From a bacterium (GTDB lineage: Bacteria; UBA8248), in contig OZ244799.1 in NCBI GenBank assembly GCA_965219955.1, positions 2,048,001 to 2,112,000 of the forward strand: a stretch of 64,000 nucleotides of DNA, read 5' to 3'. The notes beneath the pieces were generated by a model, which made no database searches, had not been told where the DNA came from, and saw only the letters and a list, made by a program, of their open reading frames with translations. Numbering within the stretch: the stretch's first letter is position 1; the number at the start of each line of letters is the position of its first letter. Shown piece by piece: positions 48,580-57,030 of this stretch. The translations under genes were made by a program, and so were the position numbers.

Positions 48580-49506
48580 TTGACCGACAACCACAATAAA
48601 ATCCTGTTGACCGGCGCGACCGGATACATCGGGGGTCGGTTACGCCGCCGGCTCGAAGCCGAGTCTTGCGAGCTTCGATGCCTCGCGCGCCGCCCGGAAG
48701 CCCTCGAACCACAGGTCGCGCCGGGGACCGAGGTGGTGCGCGGCGACCTCTTGAGGCCGGAAACGCTCAACGCGGCCATGCGCGGCATATCCACCGCCTA
48801 CTACCTGGTCCATTCGATGGCGTCCGGCGGAGACTTCACCCGGGAAGACCGCGAGGCGGCCAAGGGGTTCGCATCCGCGGCCCGGGCCGCAGGGGTCGAG
48901 CGCATCGTCTATCTGGGCGGGCTCGGAAACGAGGATGCGTTGTCCGACCACCTTGCGAGCAGGCAGGAGGTGGGCCGGATTCTCCGCGAATCCGGCGTAC
49001 AGACGATTGAACTGAGGGCCTCGATCATCATCGGCTCGGGAAGTCTCTCGTTCGAGATGATCCGGGCGCTGGTGGAGAGGCTGCCCGTCATGGTGACGCC
49101 TCGCTGGGTTCGCACGCTTGCCCAGCCGATCGCCGTCGAAGACGTCATCGACTACCTCATCGCCGCTCTCGACACTCCCCCGGGGCGAAGCCTCATCCTG
49201 GAAATCGGGGGAGCCGACCGCGCCTCCTACGGGGACATCATGGCGGAATACGCCCGTCAGCGGGGACTGCATCGAGTGATGATCGCCGTTCCGGTGCTCA
49301 CCCCCCGCCTGTCGAGCCTGTGGCTCGCGCTGGTTACCCCCTTATACGCCAGGGTCGGGCGCAAACTCGTCGAAAGCCTCCGCAACGAGACGACCGTGAG
49401 CGATACGTCGGCTTTCGGGATGTTCGGCATCCGCCCGCGCGGTCTGGCCGAAGCGATCCGGCGTGCGCTGGCCGACGAAGAGCACGAGTTTGCGGAAAGG
49501 CGCTGA
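48580..49506 (+). CDS. NAD(P)-binding epimerase/SDR (YbjT-like, short form)
   Basis: TGATGYIG, YYLVHSM, LSDHLASR, GSGSLSFE, QPIA. Confidence 0.85.
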   Translation: MTDNHNKILLTGATGYIGGRLRRRLEAESCELRCLARRPEALEPQVAPGTEVVRGDLLRPETLNAAMRGISTAYYLVHSMASGGDFTREDREAAKGFASAARAAGVERIVYLGGLGNEDALSDHLASRQEVGRILRESGVQTIELRASIIIGSGSLSFEMIRALVERLPVMVTPRWVRTLAQPIAVEDVIDYLIAALDTPPGRSLILEIGGADRASYGDIMAEYARQRGLHRVMIAVPVLTPRLSSLWLALVTPLYARVGRKLVESLRNETTVSDTSAFGMFGIRPRGLAEAIRRALADEEHEFAERR

Positions 49507-49517
49507 CCCGAGGCGTC

Positions 49518-49547
49518 TTGACAAGCCCGCGCCCGCTTCCCTATAAA
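49518..49547 (+). promoter_or_regulatory. Sigma70-type promoter for tRNA-Asn
   Basis: TTGACA-N18-TATAAA; a second candidate TTGGGA-N17-TAGAAT at 49558-49586. Confidence 0.5.
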
Positions 49548-49612
49548 CCCCTTACGCTTGGGAGCCGGCGCCGATTCCGCTAGAATGCCGACTCAAGCGA
49601 AACGCCTCTCAC

Positions 49613-49687
49613 TCCGGCGTAGCTCAACGGCAGAGCAATCGGCTGTTAACCGATGGGTTGTAGGTTCGAATCCTACCGCCGGAGCCA
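49613..49687 (+). tRNA. tRNA-Asn (GTT)
   Basis: TCCGGCG acceptor stem, ATCGG-CTGTTAA-CCGAT anticodon arm, GGTTCGAATCC, CCA. Confidence 0.95.
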
Positions 49688-49711
49688 GGTTTTTTGCGGT
49701 ATATCCCGCCC

Positions 49712-50062
49712 TTACGCTCCATCCGCTTTCGAGACGAAATCCGAGAGCGCCTCTTTCACGAGGGCGTTCATGCTGCGGCCCCTCAAGGACGCCATGCGGG
49801 CGAGTTTCTCATGAAGGTCCGCACCCGGCCGCACGTTGAACGAACCGCTGTAAGGCTTGTTCGGCTCGATTCCTTCCGCCTCGCACGTTTCGAGATAATC
49901 GCTCACCGAATCCTGAAATGCCTTCTTCAACCCTTTGGCGGTTTCGGCTTCGTATGTAATCAAATCCCGCACGTGCAGCACCTTGCCGTGCAAGGTCTCG
50001 CTTTCCTCGTCGTATTCAACGGATCCGAGATAATTTTTGAATTTCAATACCGCTCCGATCAT
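49712..50062 (-). CDS. hicB: HicB family antitoxin
   Basis: Y.GSVEY, DLITYE, DYLE.C, KPYSGSFNVR..LH, SMN. Confidence 0.9.
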   Translation of the reverse strand: MIGAVLKFKNYLGSVEYDEESETLHGKVLHVRDLITYEAETAKGLKKAFQDSVSDYLETCEAEGIEPNKPYSGSFNVRPGADLHEKLARMASLRGRSMNALVKEALSDFVSKADGA

Positions 50063-50126
50063 CTTTGGCCCCTTTCCATCCCCGTGATCAAATCTAATGT
50101 CCCGTATTTCAGCATTCGGATGAACC

Positions 50127-50381
50127 TCACAACAAACCGCCTTCGTCCAACTTCTTTCTTACCTCGCGTATGATATATGGCTTCAACTTGTCTTCGGCAT
50201 GGGGCTGGTGAAGGAAAATCCGGGGAGCCAACGCATGAATGAATCTTCGCCGGGAGCCACCCGTTCTTCCTCCCGTTGACTGCCGATAGCCCAGCCCCTC
50301 CAATAACTGAACCAATTCGTTCCATGTAAAATTCTTTGGATTCTTCCTGAATTTATCCAGCAGCTTCTCGTGTTTACTCAT
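50127..50381 (-). CDS. hicA: HicA family toxin
   Basis: FTWNEL..LL..LGY, GGSRRRF, LHQPH, LKPY. Confidence 0.9.
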   Translation of the reverse strand: MSKHEKLLDKFRKNPKNFTWNELVQLLEGLGYRQSTGGRTGGSRRRFIHALAPRIFLHQPHAEDKLKPYIIREVRKKLDEGGLL

Positions 50382-50420
50382 CGTTCTCTTGTCTGAATAT
50401 CATAGGTTCAAAGACAAATA

Positions 50421-50483
50421 GCAACCAATATTCAGTTGCATTATAAAGTGAACTCAAGGAAATGCAACTGTTTTTTCGTTGCA
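50421..50483. promoter_or_regulatory. Two GCAAC-N9-GTTGC inverted repeats upstream of hicAB (probable operators)
   Basis: 50421-50439 and 50464-50482. Confidence 0.55.
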
Positions 50484-50596
50484 AATGACAAGCCGAACCA
50501 TAAGGTATGAATGGAACACAAACTCGGGAGGAAAAAGACTTCACGAGGGGTGATCAGCCCCAGAAAAGGGCACCTACCCCCTTCCAGCGAATCTCC

Positions 50597-51847
50597 TCAA
50601 GCGCCGCTCTTCGCCTTCTCGAGCGTAGCGACGTTCACCGGGTGCGCGTTGCGGCGGCGCTTGTCGACGCGGATGCGCAGGCGCGCGGCCCCGGCGAGGC
50701 TCAGGCCCGCTTCACGCAGCTCGCTCCGGCTGAACCCCTTGCCGGGCCGCCAGTTCCCGCGCGAGTCTCTCACGAGAGGGAGGAACCCGTTTTCCACGGG
50801 GGAAGTTTCCGGGGGTTCGTCCGTCTGCTCCGGGGGCGATTCAGTGAAGACCTCGCTGTGTGATGCAGCCTCATCTTCTCGAGACGGATCAGGCCGGGGC
50901 GGTTCAGACTCATCCGGCGACGCTTCCGGGGCTGATGCCGCCAGGGGTTCCCCCACCTCCTGAACGATATTGTCAGCAGGTTCTGATTCGCTCTCCAGAG
51001 GTATTTCCGGCTCGGGCGCCGTCGCCTCTGCGGCGCTCTCCTCGACAACCGGGACAGCTTCGTCTTGCCCTTCATCCGAATCAGGCTCACCCGGCGCATC
51101 ACCTGATCCCGGCTCCGTCAGCAACTCCAGGTCGAGACCATATTCCTCGAAAGGGGCGGCTTCACGAGACGGCTCGGGCGCATCCGGCGACTCGTTTGCG
51201 CTCGCCGCGGCCAGGGGCTCCTCATCTTCCGGGACGGCATCTCCGATTGCCTGCGCCTCGCTCTCCTGCGGAATTTGCGGCTCAGATGCAGTCGCCTCCA
51301 CGGGGCTATCCGCCGCGTCCGTGGCGGCTTCCTCATGTTCCGAAACGATATCGGCGACAGCTTCCGGCTCGCTCTCCCGGGGGATTTCCGGCTCGGCGGC
51401 AATCGCCTCCGTTACGCTTTCCGCTACGACCGGGAATGCTTCGACATCCTGCCCGGACGTCTCAGCCTCATCCGGCGATTCGCCTGCTTCCAGCTCCCCC
51501 AGCGGCTCCAGGTCGAGGCCATATTCCTCAAAAGGCGCGGCTTCGCGAGGCGTTTCAGCCGCATCCGGCGGCTCACCCGAGGCCGGCGCCGTCAATGATT
51601 CCACGGCGGGGGCAGGATCGTTTTCCCGGGCATCCACACCGTTCGTCAAATCCGTGCGCGGCGGCTCATCGGCAGCCAGCAGTTCGAGCTCCATATGAGA
51701 GCCGTAGCTTTTGCCCTCCGTATCTTCCGTCGAATACGGAACGCCCGGTTCGATGGCCGTGGGAGGCGGAATTTCGTGCCCCTCACCCGGTTTGGCAGGT
51801 GCGGAATCCTTGCGCCGCGCGATACGGCTCAAAAATTTTTTCTTCAT
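50597..51847 (-). CDS. Acidic repeat protein with a C-terminal ribosomal protein eL13 (L13e)-like domain
   Basis: Last ~60 aa: PLVR...WRPGKGFSRSELREAGLSLAGAARLRIRVDKRRRNAHPVNVATL; the rest is E/A/P-rich with a duplicated REAAPFEEYGLDLE module. Confidence 0.75.
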   Translation of the reverse strand: MKKKFLSRIARRKDSAPAKPGEGHEIPPPTAIEPGVPYSTEDTEGKSYGSHMELELLAADEPPRTDLTNGVDARENDPAPAVESLTAPASGEPPDAAETPREAAPFEEYGLDLEPLGELEAGESPDEAETSGQDVEAFPVVAESVTEAIAAEPEIPRESEPEAVADIVSEHEEAATDAADSPVEATASEPQIPQESEAQAIGDAVPEDEEPLAAASANESPDAPEPSREAAPFEEYGLDLELLTEPGSGDAPGEPDSDEGQDEAVPVVEESAAEATAPEPEIPLESESEPADNIVQEVGEPLAASAPEASPDESEPPRPDPSREDEAASHSEVFTESPPEQTDEPPETSPVENGFLPLVRDSRGNWRPGKGFSRSELREAGLSLAGAARLRIRVDKRRRNAHPVNVATLEKAKSGA

Positions 51848-52074
51848 GATGATACCGCCCTCTTTCGGAAAAACTCACGAGTCCATAAACCATCGTCGAG
51901 TAAATACAGGGGGCGGTAAGGGAGGTCAGAAAACTTACGGGTTAAGACTAACGATAACAAAGACTTGGTGTCAAGCCGCGAATCACGGAGCGCGCTGACG
52001 GGTTTTTTCAATCAGCCAAAACACGCGAAACCGGGAAGGCCGTGGGGGAATCAATCGTTCAAACCGGATACGGA

Positions 52075-52392
52075 TCACCCATCCTTTTGATGGATGGTTT
52101 GCAAGTCTCGCCCGAGATCTTCGAGGTCATATTGGACAGGCGTTTTTCGAGTACGCGCGTAGTCCATCATCTCCCACAAAGAAACTCCCGCATCGCGCGC
52201 CGCCCGCGCAAGAGTGACCTTGCCGTCCCCGTAGAGCCGGGAATAATGCTCCAGCTTCCACTGCCGGACCGCGTTCGACAGCAACCTTCGCAGGGTGGTC
52301 GAACGGTCGGTCTGCTCCACATTCTCGATGAGTTCCAGTTCGCGGACCAGTTCCAGAGGGAGCCTCGCGCCCACCATGCGCTCTTTTTTCAT
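52075..52392 (-). CDS. UPF0175 family protein (putative antitoxin)
   Basis: RHH-like N-terminus, then Y.DGKVTLARAARDAGVSLWEM...Y..EDL; ATGA-coupled to the PIN gene. Confidence 0.8.
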   Translation of the reverse strand: MKKERMVGARLPLELVRELELIENVEQTDRSTTLRRLLSNAVRQWKLEHYSRLYGDGKVTLARAARDAGVSLWEMMDYARTRKTPVQYDLEDLGRDLQTIHQKDG

Positions 52393-52904
52393 CTCTTCGC
52401 CTCTCTTGCGATTCTCAACACTTCCGCCACGACGGCCGGGGAGAGCCACAGGACCCGGGTGATGTCTTGAATAGTAACTTCCAAATCTTCCAAATCAATA
52501 TGTTCTCGCAAGTATGCTTCCAACAATACGCCGATGGTGCCCAAGTGTTCTATTCCCGCGGCGGTGGCCACGCTTCGGGCCTCTTTGTCGTCAACGATCA
52601 GTTGCAAGCCCCGCGCACCCGCAAGCGCGATAGATTCAGACTCCCCTAGATCGAGCCGGGATCGGCCACTTAGTCGTCGCATCAAGCTTTGTTCTTCGGT
52701 GGTCAAGCGAACAACCCGCAGCCAGCCGTCTTCCGCAGCGGATTCGAGTTGCTCTATACCCAAGGCGCGAACAACTCTACCAGTGTCGATTGTCTCCTCC
52801 TTCACGACAGGCCCTGTTATCACCTCACCATAAAGTTCGTTCAAGAGCCTCAGGCGGCCAAGTTTGGCAAGGACGATCAAAGGGGAGGCGTCGGCTACGA
52901 TCAT
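52389..52904 (-). CDS. DUF3368/PIN-domain putative toxin
   Basis: IVADASPLI, LDLGESESIALA, VDDKEAR, GTIGVL. Confidence 0.88.
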   Translation of the reverse strand: MIVADASPLIVLAKLGRLRLLNELYGEVITGPVVKEETIDTGRVVRALGIEQLESAAEDGWLRVVRLTTEEQSLMRRLSGRSRLDLGESESIALAGARGLQLIVDDKEARSVATAAGIEHLGTIGVLLEAYLREHIDLEDLEVTIQDITRVLWLSPAVVAEVLRIAREAKR

Positions 52905-53033
52905 TCAACCTCCTGATGGATTCACACCAAGACTCATGAAATGATAACAAATGTTGCATTTGTTTGCAATAAGGCTGCACGCTTGCCATCTCATCTGCTG
53001 ATTCGCAAATCGACTGTTGTCTTCACGTCCCCC

Positions 53034-53789
53034 CTACCCGCCCGCCAGTTCCTCGGCGGTGCGGATGATGAGTTCGATGTCCGCATCCCGCGAGAGCCGG
53101 TGGCCGCCGTCCTTGACGAGGGTCAGCCGTACGTCGTCGCTTTTGAGGACCTCGGACAGCTTCAAAGATACCTCCCAGGAGATCGTCTCATCGGCCATTC
53201 CGTGGATGAGGCGCACGGGGCAGGTCACATCGATCTCACCGCGCAGGAGCAGATGGTTCTCCGCCTCATCGAGCAGTTTTCTTGTGATGGGATACGGCTC
53301 CCCCCAGATGTTGGGCGCGTGCAAGACGTATCCCCGCTCGTCGAGTTCACGCTCCATCTCTTCGGTGAGCCTGTGTTTTTTGAAACCATCCGTGAAATCG
53401 GGACCCGACGCCACGCCCACGAGACCCTTCACGCGTTCGGGCCGGGCGAGAGCAACGAGCAGCATCATCCACGCGCCCATGCTCGATCCAACGAGCACCT
53501 GGGGCCCGCGGGCGACTTCATCGAGTATGGCGAGGGCGTCCTCCGCCCATTCCCCGATGGTCCCCTCCTCGAATTTTCCGGAAGATTCCCCGTGTCCGCC
53601 GTAATCGAAGCGAACGTAGGCGCGCCCGATTTTCCGGCAATGGGCTTCGAGTGCGCTCGCCTTCGTCCCGCTCATGTCCGAGCGGAAACCGCCCAGGAAC
53701 ATCAGGCCGGGCGATTCGCCCTCAAGCCGGAACCAGGCGAGCGAAGTCCCGTTTTCTCTATGCAGAAAACTCGAATTTGAGTCGGACAT
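53034..53789 (-). CDS. Alpha/beta hydrolase (ABHD10-like)
   Basis: GGFRSDM.GTKA, GSSMGAW, GGHRLS. Confidence 0.9.
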   Translation of the reverse strand: MSDSNSSFLHRENGTSLAWFRLEGESPGLMFLGGFRSDMSGTKASALEAHCRKIGRAYVRFDYGGHGESSGKFEEGTIGEWAEDALAILDEVARGPQVLVGSSMGAWMMLLVALARPERVKGLVGVASGPDFTDGFKKHRLTEEMERELDERGYVLHAPNIWGEPYPITRKLLDEAENHLLLRGEIDVTCPVRLIHGMADETISWEVSLKLSEVLKSDDVRLTLVKDGGHRLSRDADIELIIRTAEELAGG

Positions 53790-53796
53790 CTTGGTT

Positions 53797-54330
53797 TCAG
53801 GAGGAATTTTCGAGATGGTCGAGCAGCCGGGCGGGGACGCCCCGGATGGCGGCCTCCGCCGCCTCGTCGACGCAGTTCCCATCCTCGTCGAACACCTTGT
53901 GGACGCTCCCGACCGAAGCCTGACCGGGCAGAACCTCCCCGCCGACGTGGGTGAGAATGTGCCTCAGGTGCGCGAGGGCGTTGTCCGCGCTCGGCCCCAT
54001 CGCCACGCCCAGGATGGCGATGGTCTTGCCCTCGAACGTGGAGGGATAGCCCAGGTTGTCTATCGCCAGCTTGAGCGTGCTGCTGATACTGCCGTGATAC
54101 TCGGGCGTCGCGATGAGTATGCCCGCCGCTCCCGTCACGAGACTTTTCAGCATTTCGGGGTCTTTCGACTCGCTCGGCTCACCGGGCAGGGGCAAATCCA
54201 GTTCGCCCAGATGAACGCGGTTGATCTCGAAATCGCCCTTCCCCAACTCATCGAGCGCGAGCGCGAGGGCCTTATCGGTATTGTTCTGCGGCCTGCGGCT
54301 GCCGCCGAAGACAAGGATGTAGGGGGTCAT
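53797..54330 (-). CDS. NADPH-dependent FMN reductase
   Basis: GGSRR...NT, TPEYHGS.S..LK.AID. Confidence 0.9.
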   Translation of the reverse strand: MTPYILVFGGSRRPQNNTDKALALALDELGKGDFEINRVHLGELDLPLPGEPSESKDPEMLKSLVTGAAGILIATPEYHGSISSTLKLAIDNLGYPSTFEGKTIAILGVAMGPSADNALAHLRHILTHVGGEVLPGQASVGSVHKVFDEDGNCVDEAAEAAIRGVPARLLDHLENSS

Positions 54331-54345
54331 GTCCGGTTTTTTCGA

Positions 54346-55452
54346 TTACGCGGCGACGCCGGCCGGTTCGGTCAGTACGACGGGTTCGGTATCCTTGAGA
54401 AGCGGCAGAACTTCTCTGCCGAAAATCTCCGCCTCTTCTTTGTGGGGCCATCCGTTCATGATGAAATGCCGCACGCCCGCGTCGTAATACTCGCGAATCA
54501 CGCCAGCGACCATATCCGGCGTGCCGACGAACATCGTTCCCGCACCGCCGCGCACCCTGTTCACGCCCATCCAGATCGTATCGGTGATCCAGAGGCTGTC
54601 ACGCGAGCCCATCTCGTTGATGCGCATCTGGCCGGTGGACTCGGTGACGTTCTTCATGTCGCTCCACGTGCCCGTGTTCGAGATGTCGCTCTTATCAATC
54701 AGCGCCTCGGCGGCGCGCACCGCCTCTTTCCTCGTCTCGCGCACGCAGACCAGATGGCGGATGCCGTAGCTGAGCGGACGCTCGCGCTCATACGCCCGGG
54801 ACTCGCGCCTGCCCTCCTCGATGTCCTTCCCGACGACTTCGGGTTCGGCGGCGTACATGACGTGCACGTCCCCGTGCTCCCACGCCACCCGCTTGCCGGG
54901 GTCCGAGCTTCCCGCCAGGAAAATCGGGGGATTGGGCTTCGTCACCCGCTCGGGGAAGATTCCCGCGTTTTCGATCTCGAAGAATTTTCCCTTGTAGTCC
55001 AGGGGACCCTCCGCGTTCCAGAGCTTGCGCACCACGTCCAGGAACTCGCCCGTACGCGCGTAGCGGTCGTCGTGCGGCATGAAATCCCCGTACCTTTTCT
55101 GATCCACGGGCGTGCTGCCCGTCACCACGTTCAGGGTGCAGCGTCCGCCGGTGAGATAATCGAGGCTGTTCGCCTGCTGCGCCGCGTAGACCGGGCCGGT
55201 GATCCCGGGCCGGAACGCCACCAGGAACTTGATCTTCTTCGTCCGGCTCGAAATCGCGCCCGCCGTCGTCCAGGCGTCGATGCAGTGCGTGCCGCACGGC
55301 ACGAGGATGTTGGCGAAGCCCGCCTCCTCGGCCGCCGCCGTGACTTCCGCGAGGTAATCCAGGGTGGCGGGGCGATCGGGCGTCTTCTGGTTTACCTGCG
55401 ACCCGTCCCCCGCCCTGTGGGAGCAAAGCGCCCATATGTATTCGGTGGACAT
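54346..55452 (-). CDS. LLM-class flavin monooxygenase (SsuD-like)
   Basis: AEEAGF, FLVAFRPG, LNVVTG, HDDRYART.EF, AGSS; adjacent FMN reductase. Confidence 0.88.
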   Translation of the reverse strand: MSTEYIWALCSHRAGDGSQVNQKTPDRPATLDYLAEVTAAAEEAGFANILVPCGTHCIDAWTTAGAISSRTKKIKFLVAFRPGITGPVYAAQQANSLDYLTGGRCTLNVVTGSTPVDQKRYGDFMPHDDRYARTGEFLDVVRKLWNAEGPLDYKGKFFEIENAGIFPERVTKPNPPIFLAGSSDPGKRVAWEHGDVHVMYAAEPEVVGKDIEEGRRESRAYERERPLSYGIRHLVCVRETRKEAVRAAEALIDKSDISNTGTWSDMKNVTESTGQMRINEMGSRDSLWITDTIWMGVNRVRGGAGTMFVGTPDMVAGVIREYYDAGVRHFIMNGWPHKEEAEIFGREVLPLLKDTEPVVLTEPAGVAA

Positions 55453-55587
55453 CTTTCGTCTCCTCGGCGCCTCCCGGACGTGCGGAGCGCGCGCGTTGGA
55501 AGAAGCGTTGAAACTTCATGCGGGTCACGTCCCCCAAGATTAAAGCCATCGCCCTCACGGATCAAGTCCGCGAATCGGCGCCGATGC

Positions 55588-56180
55588 GGGGCCGTTGAAA
55601 AAGCCCTCGTCAAAGGAGCATCCCCCCTGAAAGAGAAACCCCATAAAGGCTCCCCCCCTACCCCCCCTTGTCAGGGCTGTTGAAAAAGCCTGATTCGAGA
55701 GCAGGCGGTATCGGGGGTTACGCGGCGGCCCTCCTTCCTACCGCGCAGGCGGCCACAAAACCTCATCCTGAGTAGGCGCGAAAGCGCCGTATCGAAGGAT
55801 GGAGGCGTCTCCCGTCTTGCGAGAGGGCATCCTTCGATACGCCGCCTTCGGCGGCTACTCAGGATGAGGAAAGTGGGGGCGGAGCCTGTCCCGAGCGAAG
55901 TCGAGGGGCCACTACTCAGGATGAGGCGGAGAGGGGTTTTGGTTTTTTTTGCCCCCCCCCTGGCAAGGGCTTGTTGAAAAACCCCCTGAGAGGATGATGG
56001 CAACACCCTTGAAAGGGAAACCCCATAAAACCAACCCCCCCTACCCCCCCTTGTCAGGAGGTATGAAAAGGTGACGCCCGCCGCCGGTTGAAGGGCTTTT
56101 TTTTTTCTTGCCCCCCTGACAAGGGGGGGTAGGGGGGGTTGCCTTTATCCTCTGAGAAGGTGGGCTTTTTCAACAACCCC
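55588..56180. mobile_element. Nested MITE/REP mosaic
   Basis: Three left-type TIRs (55588, ~55673, ~55967) and one right TIR ending 56180; outer flanks CGATGC/CGAGGC; CTCATCCTGAG...TCGAAGGA palindromes inside. Confidence 0.65.
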
Positions 56181-56270
56181 CGAGGCGCGGGTAACAGGCG
56201 CGAACCAGATTCGCAACTCATCAAGGTGGATGATTTTTCCTCAGGCCGGCCGATCTGCGCCTGGAAGAGT

Positions 56271-56855
56271 TCAGGGCGCTTTTTCCAGAACGATCATGTA
56301 GCGGCGCTCGCGCCTGCGCTCGACGATGACGTTGCGGCGCTCCATCCCGTGCCCCGGCAGGCGCAGCCAGATCGAATACTCGCCCGGAGCGAGATCCGTC
56401 ACCTCGATCGCCGGGTCCGTTTTGCCGTAATACCGGCTCCCGATGAAGACTTCCGCGCCCGGAGGGTCCGAGCGGACGACGAGGCGGCCGGCGCCGTCTT
56501 TCGTGAGCCTCATCTCGATGGGCGTCTTCTTCGCCCGAACGTCGACTTCGAGAACCTGGCCGACGTAGCCCGGGAACTCCGCCCGGATCGAATGACGCCC
56601 GTAGTCCACGCCCTTGATCTCGACGGGCCTGAGTTTATAGGCCTCCCCGCGCGGATTGCCGTTGAAGATGACGACGGCGCCCTCGGGCCTGCTCGTCACG
56701 ACGATCTCGCCCTTGCCGCTGCGCAGGGCTTCGGCGGCTTTTTTCCCCCGGGCGCACCCCGCACCCGTCGCCAGTGCGAAAACTGCGAACAAAATGAGAA
56801 TCGTATGGATGGAGCGCTTCGGCGGCGAAATTGAAGCAAAGAGTTTGTTCTTCAT
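56271..56855 (-). CDS. PEGA-domain (x2) putative lipoprotein
   Basis: VTSRPEGA.V and VRSDPPGAEVFIG PEGA repeats; GAGC lipobox. Confidence 0.85.
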   Translation of the reverse strand: MKNKLFASISPPKRSIHTILILFAVFALATGAGCARGKKAAEALRSGKGEIVVTSRPEGAVVIFNGNPRGEAYKLRPVEIKGVDYGRHSIRAEFPGYVGQVLEVDVRAKKTPIEMRLTKDGAGRLVVRSDPPGAEVFIGSRYYGKTDPAIEVTDLAPGEYSIWLRLPGHGMERRNVIVERRRERRYMIVLEKAP

Positions 56856-57030
56856 GCTCACCCCTCCTGTCTTGCGAGACCTGAGCCTTCCTCCATTCAA
56901 TGTACCCTGTTTCGGGCGAGAGCAAAAGCCGGGGGAAAGACGATTCCCGGATACGCTTGCCCATTCCCCGCCCATGAGGAATGATGCGGGTAAATTCCAG
57001 GAAACAATCACCAGGGGAGAAGATTCCAAG

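Noticed and set aside
49660-53030. Intact integrative element at tRNA-Asn
   Set aside because: No integrase and no duplicated tRNA 3' end found.
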